Shown: positions 35,706 to 49,007, counted from the stretch's first letter. The stretch: DNA of 64,000 nucleotides from Guillardia theta CCMP2712 (GCF_000315625.1 NW_005434627.1:475380-539379), one strand, 5' to 3'. The notes: generated by a model not told the origin, from the letters alone. Numbers and translations: made by a program.

Positions 35706-36128
35706 AAATCTGACGAGCCGCTTTGAACTGAACAGTGCGAACTATATCTTTCTTTACATTTCTTGTGAATAAATTGAAGATAATTAGTATGCTTGTGGTA
35801 CACTAGTATGTATTACAAACATGGAGCCGAATGTCAACGTGATGTTATTGAATTGAGAAACGAAATCAGAAAATTCATGCTGTTACAAATGAGACTTTCA
35901 TGAAACTGATCCATCTTGCATAACATTCCGATTCAGATTCCTGAATTAAATACTTTGATGTTGATACAGATATCTCAGAGTTGAGAAGGATGATATATAA
36001 GTTTGAAGATGGATATTTGACGTGTCAAACGAATACAGCCATCTGAAAAGTTTAATGGGGAGCTTAATTGGGGTGACAAGAATCGTCATGTGTAATGATG
36101 ATATAAATTTTGAAACTTTCAAACAGCG

Positions 36129-36821
36129 TCACACTCTTTCGATGAAATTCAATGCCTCTTGAAACCCTACACCACTCAATAACTGAATAGAAAGGATTTT
36201 GTCTTTGATGTAAAAGTTTTCGTCTCGTTTTATAGCTCCAAGATCAACGGTTTGCCATACATGAGAGTTGCAGTGCTTGCTTACATCTTCAACCACGCTC
36301 AACCCAAAATCTATGAAAACCAAGCTGGAGAAATCTGGTTTATTGTTTTTGTTTAGACGAAACACAACGTTTTTTGCCTTCAAGTCAACATGTGTGACAT
36401 GTTTTTGCACTGAGGATAAACAAAATCGCGAACACTGCTCTATCCAAGTGCGCCTAAAAACTTTAAGCATGTGCCTGCAATTCTCTTGGCAAAGAACATT
36501 CGATCCATCAAAACATTCTGATGTACATTCATGTGTATATGTTGGGGAACACCTTTCCAATATCTTTTCCAGAGTGATTGGGAAGCATGCTTCAAGAATG
36601 ATACATCTCTTTTCCCTGTTGTACCCATACATCTTCACAACCTGCGGATTGTCTGCGAAGAGTTGAAGGATGCTCAACTCTCTCTCGAACATCTCCTTGA
36701 CATCATATGGATTGCCATTATCGTCCACCGCAATATCATTGAATGTCTTGATCGCCATGTTGCAGATAACAACCTCACCTTGCATGCCGCCATGCGTTTC
36801 GGCCATCCTTGTATCCTCCAT
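36129..36821 (-). CDS. Intronless protein-kinase-like protein, C-lobe truncated or atypical
   Basis: GGMQGEV (Gly loop), AIK, FERE (alphaC), HVDLKAKN (catalytic loop) and IDFG are present. No APE or DxWS motifs. Confidence 0.85.
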   Translation of the reverse strand: MEDTRMAETHGGMQGEVVICNMAIKTFNDIAVDDNGNPYDVKEMFERELSILQLFADNPQVVKMYGYNREKRCIILEACFPITLEKILERCSPTYTHECTSECFDGSNVLCQENCRHMLKVFRRTWIEQCSRFCLSSVQKHVTHVDLKAKNVVFRLNKNNKPDFSSLVFIDFGLSVVEDVSKHCNSHVWQTVDLGAIKRDENFYIKDKILSIQLLSGVGFQEALNFIERV

Positions 36822-37368
36822 TTTTCCTCTTCAAAATTTTTCATAGATGCAAACAATCCGCCTCAATAAAATATGGAGGGCAGCAAATGACATCTATTCA
36901 AATAATCTTCCTGCCCTTGGTGTCAAGGTGGTCACGCGATGCAGGCAGCAAGGAGGGAGGGGGGAGGAGGAGCTGAGAAACAGATGGAAGGAGGGAGAGA
37001 GGAGCGCGCAAGGAGGTTGTGAACAAGGATGAATGTTTGTCTGGCATGGTGGAAATGTGAAGCTCAGCCGAAATGGGTTTGGGTAACAATGCGCGAACGG
37101 CTGTGAAAGCATGAGAAGAAGGGAAAACACGTGAGATAGTATGAGAACTTGATTACCATGGGAGAGGGACATGGTGGAGAGTGAGAACTTGTATGTAGAA
37201 GGAAGGGAAGGAGCTTGGAAAGACGCTCTAGACCCATTTTGCCATCATGACATGCTAACTTGAAACTTGCAGCAATTTCTGGCACTCTCAGCGGGGGAGG
37301 GCTGTAGAGGGAGCTCTACGTGATCCGCCTGGCAGCTGCACCGGCTGCATTTCTAGTGTTGTAAAGAG

Positions 37369-39992
37369 ATGAAAGCAAGGACTGTCGTCGTCGTGTCCAT
37401 CCTAGCAGGGATGGCCAGCGTGTTCAGCGTTTGGACGGAGTGGCGTACCAAGGCGATCAAGCTAGGAAGCCCGAACACTGATCTCCGAGTCATCTTTTCT
37501 CTTCAGTTCTGGGAGATTCTTCTCGACTCCTATCCTCATAAGCTAATCATGTTGAACTTCGGCTGCAACCTTCTCTATCTCGTCGGCAAGGTTTTACAGC
37601 TCCTGCTCCTGGGGCAGCTGAGGGAGCTGGAGGCCGCGAAGATCAGCGATCGCGTCAGGACATACGTCCTCGTCAAGTTCATCTTCATGGGAGCTATCCT
37701 GCAAGACCACGACGAGAAGGAGATGATGGTGTGGTTTGTGTGGCTGGCCCTGGTGGGTTTCTTGAAGCAGCTCGGGCTATTGGCGAGGGACCGTCTTGAG
37801 TTCATGATGTTGTCGGTACAGACGAAGAGCGTCGACTATGCTCGTCTCGGGCTGCTCATCGCCTTTGTTCTCACCTGCGACGCTGTTCTCATGCGCTGCT
37901 GCCTCATGATCTTCGGCTGCTGGCCGTCCAAGTGCGAGGCCGGAGGGTTCGGGGTCACGCTGCTGCTGCTTTTCGAGTGCGTCCTCATTATCGTCGACAG
38001 CGCGCAGACGATCATAAGATTCTGCATCCACATGATCAACTTGTCACGCGATGGGCACTGGGAGCAGCGGAGCCTCTACTCCTTCTACACGGAGGCTGCA
38101 GCGGAACTCATCAACAACTTTCTGAGCCTGTTTCATTACGGTCATGTCTGGATGATCCATGGCATGTCAGTCACGTTCACAGACGCGATGCTGTTTCTCC
38201 TGACGCGGAGCATCGTGAACAGCATCCGATCAAAGTTCTCTTCCCTCTCAGCGTTCCTCAACATTGACAAGCGCTTCCATGACGCCACTTCGGAGGAGTT
38301 GGCGCAGGTCGACGACAAGTGTTCTATCTGCTGGGAGACGATGTCAAAGGCCAAGGTTCTGCCGTGCGGGCATGCTTTCCACCTGGTCTGTCTCAGGTGC
38401 TGAGCTGCTCCTCCGATCCTCTCCCAGCCTCCCACTCATGGTTCTGCAGGGGCTGGATCGAGCATTCAGCAACATGTCCAAATTGCAGGCGATCCATCTC
38501 GGGTGACAGCTCGGCAGAAGAACGACAGAACAATATGCAGGATGGAAGGGCAGAAGATGGTAACAATGCTGGACTGCAGGAAGAGGGATTCAGGTTCATC
38601 CCTGCCTCCCTCTCTCCTTCCATCCATCCATCCATCTCCCTCCCTCCCTCCCTCCCTCCCTCCCTCCCTCCCTCCCTCCCTCCCTCCCTCCCTCCCTCCC
38701 TCCCTCCCTCCCTCCCTCCCCATGTTTGTTCCTTCTCTCCCCTTCTCTCTCGCTTCCAACTTCCCGGGGGTCTCACGCTGCAGCAGAAACGGCGGTGCGA
38801 ACCTTCCGGGGCAGAGAAGGCGGTGGAGCATTTTGAGATGGTGAGGCCGAGGAGGCTTGCCGGTTGTTTGATCCCAACGCTGCAGGTTGTCGATGAATGA
38901 GAATGGCAGACAAGGAGGAAATCAGCGGAGAGGTTTCCTCCCCTTTCTGAGAGATGTCTCTCTGCAGGCAGATGAAATCCCGCAGGTATTGTTTTGTTCA
39001 CGCTCGAGAGTTTTCATGAGGATGATGCTTGCTGCGGCAGGAAATCGTGCAGTCTGTCCTTAACGTCATGCCGAATCTGTCGCCCAGGGCGGTGAGCAAT
39101 GATTTGATGATCATGATTTATCATGAATCATGATTACGAGGATAGAGTCCATGGTGGTGGTGGTGGTGGTGGTGGTGGTGGTGGTGGTGGTGGTGGATGA
39201 TAGTGGAGAAAAGGATCGTGTGGTGGAGGAGGAGAGGATGGTGGTGGTGGTGATGAGGATGATGATGATGATGATCACGATGATTTTGATCACGATCACG
39301 ATCAGGATCACGATGATCATGATAGAAATATCTTGGCTCTGATCGGCCAACCCCCAGGTTCGACAGGATCTCATCAGAACCATGGACGTTCAAGTCACTG
39401 TCAACAGGTTTGACCATCCTCCCAACTCTCTTCCCTTCTTACTCCTTTCCCCTTAAAGGGGCCTTGAAGGCCTGATCGCCGAGGCGAGCTCGCCCATGCC
39501 ACCCCCCAGCCAGCAGAGGGTAAGCAGCAAGCTCTTGTGCTCCTGCTCCTCTGCTCACCAGTTGCTCCTCCAGCCTCGCCCACCGCAGGAAGCGGACGGG
39601 GAGCGTGACGCTGGTCCCCAGCGAAGTGAGGATGAAATCTCGCAAGAAGAAGACTTGCGGAGGCAAGGGAGTGAGAGTCAAGGGAGGGACGTCCGTGCGG
39701 CAGCAGCAGCGGCAGCAGCAGCGGCAGAAGCGGCAGCCGACGATGGAGCCAACCAGAGGTCGGAAGAGGGAGAAACAGCAGGCGAAGGTTGATTTTCTCG
39801 ATTGAGGAGTCAGGGTTGACGACCCCGCAGAAATCTCGGAGGAGACGACTTGCGCGGCAGAGGGAGGAGAGATGGTACAGCGCAGAATGCTTCTCGCTCA
39901 GGCGGTTCGTTGCATGGAGTTGGGAGGGGCATGTCTGACTTGTGACGCCTCAGGCTATGAGAAGAGCCGCACCAAAGGAGCACCAGGAGTGA
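37369..39992 (+). CDS. ERAD E3 ubiquitin ligase, AMFR/gp78 (RIN2-like): TM domain, RING-H2, CUE, VIM
   Basis: HRD1-type TM region (GQLRELE...RDRLE). RING CSICW...LPCGHAFHLVCLR|GWIEHSATCPNCR. CUE-like EIVQSVLNVMPNLSPRA|VRQDLIRT. C-terminal RRMLLAQA|AMRRA is a p97-binding VIM. Confidence 0.88.
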
Positions 39993-40304
39993 CTCGGATC
40001 AACTTCTTCTTCTCTTGTAACATACTCGACTCATGCTTTCATATCCTTCCCTGCGGCTCACTGAAGGCTCTCTCAACACCCAACACGCTCACCCTCACCC
40101 CGCAACAGTGCCCAGCCAGCCTGCTGACAGTGTGGCGTCTGGCGGGGGACCTTCATTGTCATGGCACAAACAGACTCAGTGCCGCAAGGTTGCCACTGTC
40201 CGGGCGATTCAAGTCGCCACGGCCGCGCCGCACTGAGCCCGCCCGGCACCGCCGGGCCCGGCGCACTCGGAAGGGGACTCAGTGAACGGTCAGTACCGAA
40301 GTCT

Positions 40305-40321
40305 TTTACTCAAAGTTAAGT
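40305..40321 (+). promoter_or_regulatory. Conserved motif TTTACTCAAAGTTAAGT (copy B), downstream of GC patch 40140-40300
   Basis: 17/17 match to copies A and C; about 355 bp upstream of the MYBBP1A-like ATG. Confidence 0.55.
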
Positions 40322-40675
40322 CAGAGTGACGCACCTCACACCGTTGGGCTGTAGACTGATTATTTTACTCAAATATGCTAATCTTCACGTGCGAATGCTG
40401 CTAACGAAAGCGAGGGAGCGAAATATGGCGAGGGACGAGAAGGAGGGAGGGAGGGAAGATGAGAGGGAGGGAGGCATGGAGTGGGCAGAGATGGGCGAAG
40501 GAGCAAAGGGAGGAGCAAAGGGAGGAGCGAGCAAGTGGGAGGGAGAGGGCAGGCAATTCGCACACGTAACGTTACATGCACATGGCATCTCGTGGCTAAA
40601 GCAACACCAATGATGATCGATGACATTCGATTGAGCAGGTAGACTGAAGGAGGTTCTTGTCATCTTTCATCAAAG

Positions 40676-42848
40676 ATGCAGAGCACGACTTCCATCGATC
40701 TGCAGCTGGTCAGTGTGTTGGTGTACTTTGATTCTGTTCCTGACATGCCGCTGACAGTTCTGGCAACTTTCTTCCAACAATGAGAGCGAAAGAACGAGCT
40801 CGTCATTTGTTCTGTGTAAAGATTTGATCAAATGTCAGAAAGACTTTACCGCAGCGAACAAGACAGGCCAGAAGGGCAAGCTGGAAGAGATGATGTGCAG
40901 CGATCTGAGCTACACTGTGAAGCGACTTTTGCGGGGCATGGCTTCGTCAAGAGACGGGTCGAGACACGGGTTCTCCATGACGTTCAGTGTGCTGTTGAAG
41001 GCGTTCAGCTTCATTGATGGTAACGAGATTTTTGACATGATGTTGGACCTGCTGAAGGTCAAGGGCGTGACCAGTCAAGAGGAGAAGGAGTCGAACTTTG
41101 GTAGGCTCTTCGGATGTTTTGCTATCATCAGGTCAAGGTTTGCTGGGCAGAAGGTGGAGATTGATGGGGAGGCGTTGGAGGACTCCCTTTTCTGGAAGTT
41201 GATGAGCGAGTTGAGGAGACTGTCTAAGACGAAGTTCTACATGGAAGAGAGCTGTACATCAGCGATGCTCACGCTCATGTCGTCGGTGAAGGGTGACGCT
41301 TTTCAGAAGCATGTGGCTGGCAGGATGCGGGAGTGGCTCAAGGAGGTGGAGGTGGAGGAGATGACACCCAGTGATCTCGAGCTGCACCTTGCGATCGAGT
41401 GGTACGGCAAGTCTGACAGGAAGAAGCTGCTGAGCTCGGACATGGTCAGCAAGATGTGCGAGCCGCTCAAGAACAGCGCTACGTCCCATCCTCGCGTCCA
41501 TGGCGTCTGGTTGCTGATCTTTGAGATGCTGGGGCTACAGACCGGCCGGAACGTGTTTGGGGAGACTGTAGGAAGGAAGGACAGTGAGGAGATCGAGCAG
41601 AGCAGCCGGCAGGCGCTGGAGAGGCTGTGGCAGACAGTGGTCGATGAAGGCTTGATGCTGTCGGGGCACGAGAGGAGGTTCTTGGGGCTGTCGTTGTGTG
41701 AGATGCTGGTGAAGGAGCTGCCCAGCAAGGAGTCGAAGATCGTCCTGTCGCCCAACGTGATGAGCTGCCTCGTCAACAACGCGGGGAGGAAGGGAACGCT
41801 GCTGAGAGACGTGTCGCTCAAGCTTGTTAACGCCATCATAGCGCGAGCCAAGACCAGCCCAGTCTTCTCCGAGAGCCTCCTGCAGGTTTTCGTCGCCCGC
41901 CATCGTGATTTTGACAAGATGACCAAGACGAGGACGATGGGGACGCTGGTGGAGAACTTGGACGCCAACAGCGCCATGGGTCACCTGCATCGTCTGCTCT
42001 CCATCTTCATGGACAAGACTGGTGAGTCGCAAGCCAACGAGCGAGGTTCCCCCAAGATATGGGCGCTTGACAACATCCTCTCCCTCATCTCCCGGTCCTC
42101 CGACAAGTTCCCTCAGCCCGTCTTGCAGTACCTCCTCCTCTGGACCATGACCATGGCCTTCTTCACGCGTGAAGACGCCAAGGGCAAGCAGAAGATCGCG
42201 GATGCTCCTGCCTGTGACTTCGTCAAGTCAAAGTTTCTCAGCTTCGTTGAAGAACTTTCGCACCATCGGCAAGCTGACAAGGACGAGGCCATGGAGGTGG
42301 AAACGAGCGGAGGAGTCGAAAAGATCTCCAAACTCCTCAAGACTGACCTTCAGCCAGTGCTAGGTCGCTATCGTTCCTCCATCTTCCTGTCTTATTCTCC
42401 TTTCCTCTCCTCTTCTTCCCTGTTCCTCCTCTCTCTTCTTTCCTCCCCTCTCTTCTCTCACTCCTCCTCTTCTCACTCCTCTCACTCTTTCATTCTCAAC
42501 TTCACCCTCACCCACTCCCTCAACATCCTTCACTTCTCCTCCGTTCTTTCTCCCTCCCTTCTCCTCCTCTTACTTCATGTCATAGATGTCGTCAACAAAG
42601 ACGATCTGGTCGGAAAGGCACTTTCTCTCCTCTCCTCCCGTACATCGCTGACTAGCAGCAGGACGGCAAGCTCAAGCACGCCAAAGTTTTCTGGCTGCTG
42701 CAGGCCAACCTGATGTAAAGTTGACCGTCTGAGCTGCAGCGACTGACATGTCCAGCAGGGCCGACGCGCTCGAGAAGGAATCATGGCAGCCGAACATCGC
42801 CACCCTTCCCGAGGTGAAGAAAGTGCTCAAGGATACCTGGTAAGGCTT

Positions 42849-42882
<34 letters not shown>

Positions 42883-45800
42883 CCGTCACTATCCTCCCTG
42901 GTCCTCCTCCTCCTCCTCCTCCTCCTCCTCCTCCTCCTCCTCCTCCTCCTCCCTCCTCCTCCTCCTCCTCACCCTCCTCCTCCTCCCCCTCCTCCTCCTC
43001 CTCCTCCTCCTCCTGCTCCCCGTCACTATCCTCCCTGCTCCTGCTCCTGCTCCTGCTCCTGCTTCTGCTCCTGCTCCTGCTCCTGCTTCTGCTCCTGCTC
43101 CTGCTCCTGCTCCCCGTTACTATCCTCCCTGCTCCTGCTCCTGCTCCTGCTCCTTCTCTTGTTCCTGCCTTCTGCCCCTTCCCTCATTTCTCCTCTCATC
43201 TCATTGCCCTCACCTTGTATTGCTGTCTCTCCTTCCATCTTTGAGATCGATACAGGAAAGACGTCAAAACCATGACGTCTCATCTGAATCGTCAGGATAT
43301 TTCCAGCAAGGTATAGCACCTTGCTTCTCCTCCTCTTCCTCTTCTTCTTCCTCTTCCTCCTCTTCCTCCTGTCTCGTCTGTGACCTCCTCCTCCTCATCC
43401 TGTCACTTCCCCCTGCTCATCCTGTCGTGTTTCCCCCTTCCTTGTCCTAGTCGTCCATCTCCTGCCTCGTTCCTTCTTCTCTCTCGAACCTCTTCATCCT
43501 CCATCTCTCTTCTGACAACATTGCAGGCTCGCATTCAAATCGAGTCCTTGCTCGAGCTCTTTCTCACCAGTCGCCTGGAATTTCTTTCAGACTTCTCTCA
43601 GACTTCTGACGTTCTTGTTGAGCTCCAACAATGTTACAAGAAGATCGCAAAGTAAGAGCCTCCTTCATCTCTTCTCATCTGCTTCTCCTATTTCTTTTGC
43701 TATCTCCTTCTTCTCTTTCTTCTCTTTTCATCTTCTCCTCCTGTTTCTTGCGCTATCTTCTTTTGTTCCTTCTGTGTTGCTTCTACTCCTCTTCTTTATC
43801 TCCCGTATCTTCTCAGTCTTCCATCCTTCATCTCATTTTCTTTCAGAGTTCTTGGGCTGGAAAAGCCCCCGAAAGGAAAGAAGGTCAGTTGCAAGAGGAG
43901 GAAGAGGATGGAAAAGGAGGACGAGGACAAGGACGAGGACAAGGACGAGGACGACGAGGACGAGGAGGACGAGGAGGATGGAAAAGGAGGACGAGGACGA
44001 GGACGAGGACGATGAGGATGGAAAGAGAGGAGAACGACGAGGAGAATGAGGAATAAAAAATATGAGAGTCAGATTAGGACAAAAGGGAAGAGGAGGAGGA
44101 GGAAGTAGTGGTAGTGGTGGTAGTGCAGATGATGGTGATAGTGACGGAGATTCGCTTCTAACTGGGAGGAACTTGGCAGGAAGCAGCTAAGGAGGAGGAG
44201 GAGGAGGAGGAGGTGATGACAGTCTTCGTGGAGCTCCTCCTCTCTCTCCTGGCACGACCGTCTGCTGCTCTTCGCTCGGTCGTCAAGAGAAACTTCCGTG
44301 CCTTCTGCGACTTTCTCACCCCCGGGGCTGTTGGCGTGTTGACCACCGTCCTCTCTCAGTCCGGTAAGGCCCTCCTCTTCCTCCTCTTCCCCCTCTTCCT
44401 TCTCCTCGTCCCCTTCCTCCCCTCTCTCCTCCTCCTCCCTTGCTCACATCCCTGCTATCCCTCGCCTTCCTCTTCTCACTCCTCTTCCCTCCGCCTCTCT
44501 TCCATCTTCTCCTCCTCTCCCTGCCTCGTTCCTTCGTCTCAGTTTCTATCCCTCGGCCCCTAATCTTACGTCTTTTGTCTTGCAGACAAGGATTTGTTCA
44601 ATGAAGAAGCAGAAGAGGAGGAGGAGGAGGAGGAGGAGGACGATGACGATGACGACGACGACGACGAGGACGATGAAGATGAAGATGAAGATGAGGATGA
44701 CGACGAAGATGAAGATGAGGATGACGACGAAGATGAAGATAAGGAGCCGAAAGCTTCAGCAGCAGACGTTCGAAAGGTGAGGAGGAAGAGAGGGAGGAGA
44801 GGATGAAACTGAGCAGAGCGCAGGTGAATGTGGAGGAGGATGACGATGATGAGGAGTGGGACGATGAGAAGATGTTTGCCATGGACAAGCTGATAGCCGA
44901 GGCGTTCAAGAGCAAGCAGGAGGAGAGGAGGCTCGCCAAGCAGAGCAGCAGCATGTCGCTGATCCTCAAGCTCCGCACCCTTGAGCTTGTTGAGATCTTT
45001 CTCTCGCGCTCTCCCTCCTCTCCTCTCGTCCTCGACCTCCTCGAGCCTCTCCTCGCCCTCGCCGTCAGCGGAGGGTCAGACGGTAGCGCAGGAGGAGAGT
45101 CGAGGGAGCAGCGGGTGGATTTCTTCGCCAAGGCTTCGATCGTGTACGCGGAGAGGCTGTGCAAGCTCAAGACTGTACCGCAGCTGAGCAGCGAGGAGGA
45201 GGAGGAGAAGGTTGCTTCTTCCCTGAAGATGCTCTTCGCTCGGATGGGGGCCCCGCACCAGGGGGAGCTAGTCGCTGCCGGCCTCTTCTTCCTCCTCCGC
45301 GTCATCTCGGCCAACAGAAGTCGCGAGGGGCTGGTGGAGGAGGCGACGAAGCAGCTGCGTGAGAGTCTCCTGCTGTGGACCTCTAAGAAGCACTCGAGTA
45401 TCCGCCCGCTTGTCTTCCAGCAGCTCGTCCAGCGTCACCCCTGGCTCGGCTGGCGCGTTGCCGAGTCGCTCGCGTCCTCCCTGCCCTCGAGCAAGTCGGA
45501 CTTCCTCGCCGGCGCCTGCATGGACATCCTCCTCTCCCTCCTGCGCGACCAGCAGGCCATGACCAAGGAGGAGAATCTGCCGCATGCTCGAGCTCTCTTC
45601 GCTTCTCTCCCTGCCCTGCTGGCTGCAGCTGTTGGCGACAACCTGGAGGAGGAGGGAGGGAAGAAGAAGTCTCGCCTCCTCTCCTCTGCCCTCGCCCTCT
45701 CCACCCGCCTCGTGCAGGCGGCAGGCAAGTTGCCTGAGCTGAAGCTTGAGCTCGCGCCCCTCCGGTCCCTCGCTGAGAAGATCTCGACGAGCAAGAGCAG

Positions 45801-46063
45801 CAGCAGCTCCAAGGCGATCAAGGACTCGACCAAACGGGTGAGCTCTTCCCTCCTCCTCCACCTTCCTCCTCCCTCCTCGTCCTCTTTCCCTCCAACCCGC
45901 CCTCCTCCTTTCATCCTTTTCTCTTCTTCACGTCTCCTCTCCCCTCCTGCTCTTGATTGACTTGCTGCAGCTGGTGGCGTTGATGGATGCCAAGGAGCCC
46001 AAGGAGAAGAAGCGAGGAAGCGACTCGGCAGCAGCGACGCCGAGAAAGAAGTCGAAGAAGTGA
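40676..46063 (+). CDS. MYBBP1A: MYB-binding protein 1A / DNA polymerase phi (Pol5) family nucleolar protein
   Basis: LQL|FWQLSS; YTVKRLLRGMASSRDGSRHGFS; FGRLFG; SHPRVH; VFVELLLSLLARPSAALR; acidic tract; DDEKMFAMDKLIAEAFK; FKLR-like LKLRTLELVEIF; basic NLS tail PRKKSKK*. Confidence 0.9.
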
Positions 46064-46562
46064 GGGAGACAGAGAAAGGAGAGAGAAGGAGGGATGAACT
46101 AGAAATGTACAGAGTGAAACCAGGAAAGAGATGAACGACTTCGAAATAATGCAACAATAACAATCAGATGATCTTTTCTTCCTTCTTGCTTGTCCTCTCT
46201 CTTCTCTCCTCTTCCTCCTCATTTTCCTTGTGTTTGAAATCTCTGTGCTGTTCTCCATCATAGTTTTCTCCATTTTCTCCATCATCATTGTCTTCATCAT
46301 AGTTTTCTCCATCATCATTGTCTTCATCATAGTTTTCTTCACCGTTGTTTTCTTCTTCATATTCTTCATATTTACAACTTGCAATCTACGACCTCTCACT
46401 TCGAATCACCCCAGAACGCAAGTGAGCCCCATGACAAGATCATTCCTTCCTCCATCCTCCCTCCTATATCCCCCGACCTGCCGATCCCCGTCAGCTCTCC
46501 TCCTCCTCCCTCCCCCCCCCCAACGGTTCTTAAAACTTATCGCTCTCTCTCTCTCTCTCTCT

Positions 46563-48939
46563 CATAAAAGGCCGAAGATATTGGGCACCCCCGATGCCAC
46601 TACAAAATACCATGAATAATGGCTGGTGGCGCAGAGTGGTCTACGCTCCGTTCACTCTCAAAATCTATACCATGCCATGTTATATGCGGTGACTGTCCCC
46701 CACGTCTGTCGATGAGATGTATCTGCATTATATGGTCTAGGAGTACGAGGAGATCTAGCATCTGCACACGTGACAAGATGCCCTTCCAGCCTACAAGAGA
46801 ATCATAGCTTGGGAAGTTCGTGGACCCAGACGTCTTTCCCATTGCATTGTGTGAACTCCATAGCCAGTTCATTGCAATGAGCGCTGACGACTCGTTAGCA
46901 TTCGATGGCTGAGCTGNNNNNNNNNNNNNNNNNNNNNNNNNNNNNNNNNNNNNNNNNNNNNNNNNNNNNNNNNNNNNNNNNNNNNNNNNNNNNNNNNNNN
47001 NNNNNNNNNNNNNNNNNNNNNNNNNNNNNNNNNNNNNNNNNNNNNNNNNNNNNNNNNNNNNNNNNNNNNNNNNNNNNNNNNNNNNNNNNNNNNNNNNNNN
47101 NNNNNNNNNNNNNNNNNNNNNNNNNNNNNNNNNNNNNNNNNNNNNNNNNNNNNNNNNNNNNNNNNNNNNNNNNNNNNNNNNNNNNNNNNNNNNNNNNNNN
47201 NNNNNNNNNNNNNNNNNNNNNNNNNNNNNNNNNNNNNNNNNNNNNNNNNNNNNNNNNNNNNNNNNNNNNNNNNNNNNNNNNNNNNNNNNNNNNNNNNNNN
47301 NNNNNNNNNNNNNNNNNNNNNNNNNNNNNNNNNNNNNNNNNNNNNNNNNNNNNNNNNNNNNNNNNNNNNNNNNNNNNNNNNNNNNNNNNNNNNNNNNNNN
47401 CTCTCACCTCTTACGTCCTCCATCTCTGTTCTCTCCTCCCTCCTCTCCTCCCTCCTCTCCTCCCTCCTCTCCTCCCTCCTCTCCTCCCTCCTCTCCTCCC
47501 TCCTCTCCTCCCTCCCCTTCCTCTTCCTCTTCCTCTTCCTTCTCCTCGTCCACGACCTTTGCTTATCAATGTCCGGGCTGACTATGACCGGAGCGAACAG
47601 CTCGAAGAATTCTTCGCCCTTCTGCCAGGGGAACCTGATGACAGGCGTCAGCAGCTGACGGGCCCCCGACTTGCCTCCACCTCTTGGCCAGCAGCCGGTA
47701 GGTGAAGATGTAGGACAAGACCATGATCGCGAACCCTCCGACTGCGATGACGACGATGAGCCAGACAGGGAACGTGGAGCTCTTGACGTTGATCGTGCTG
47801 CCCAGGACTGATGGAGGGGGAGAAGTTTGCGGGGTAGCGACCTCGGCCCCCCCCAGCACGATGAGGTTAGCGTAGGCCGAGAAGGAAAGCAGAGTCACGC
47901 TCGTCTCCTCCTTCGCTACCATGAAGGTCGAGTTCACTGCCGAGCTCCAGCGCCAGATTCCGTTCTCCAGCCGATGGACCTTGACGAGCTGGCCGGCTGC
48001 TGGAGGCGATCGGACCGGCATCGTCAGCTGGACTCCAGGAGCGTTCAAGAGGATGCCTGACGGCTCGAGGTAGACGACCAGGTTGTTGCCCAACTGCATG
48101 AGGGCTGGGTTGGGGACGATAGGAGGAAGGAGCAGCTGCGTGAGCTCGACCGTTCCTGGCCCCCCTGCTGGCCATGCGCCTTGAGGGATCTCAAGGGAGA
48201 TGCCGGAGGAGAGGTTGAGAAGTAGCGGCTGATTCATGGCGCGCCGGGAGGAAGAGGAGGGAACGAAGGTGATGGGAGAGGATACAGACTCCACGGGGAT
48301 GCGGCAACCGGAGAAGGCGGGAGAGGAGGCCATCTTGTTGAGCACGACGAAGTTGAGGGAGGAGTCGAAGTAGCCGACGTGCCACCAGGAGCCGTCGGAG
48401 GCGGCGGTGGGGCGGAGGAGGATGGAAGAGGAGGACGGGTGCAGGTGGTCTTCGATCTCAAAGTTGATGTCCTGACCCCGCAAGTTCTGGTTGTCCAGCG
48501 ATCGAGCCCACACGTCGATATGTCCTTGAGCAATCCCATCCAAGATCACCGCCTCCACGTCGTTGGCTGCCGAGAAGTATCGAACCTTTCCTGTCGTCCC
48601 CTTGAGCGTCGCAAACTTGCACGTCTGCCGGACAGACAGCGGAGTCTCGCAGGCTGCGTTGAAGGGCTCGTACGCTCCTGCGTCAGCACAAGGGAAGACC
48701 CAGAGGTCGAGGTTGGCGAAGACTTGCTGGTTCCAAGAGAGGATGATCCAGATGTTGTTGTCGGCAGGTGTAACGAAGGTGGACACAGTTTGGCTGTAGA
48801 CCTCACCCGAGTACTTGACCGTCACCAACTTGCTGATGTAGTTTTCTTTGTTCAGGCTCACAAGGTACTCTTGATAGTTCGATCCTTGCACTCCGAACAG
48901 CAAGTTGGAGAAGGAGATTCTGAGAAGACAATCAGTGCA

Positions 48940-49007
<68 letters not shown>

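Noticed and set aside
41259-42340. Antisense ORFs overlapping MYBBP1A (and likewise the giant gene)
   Set aside because: Shadow ORFs caused by GC3-rich codon bias on the coding strand.
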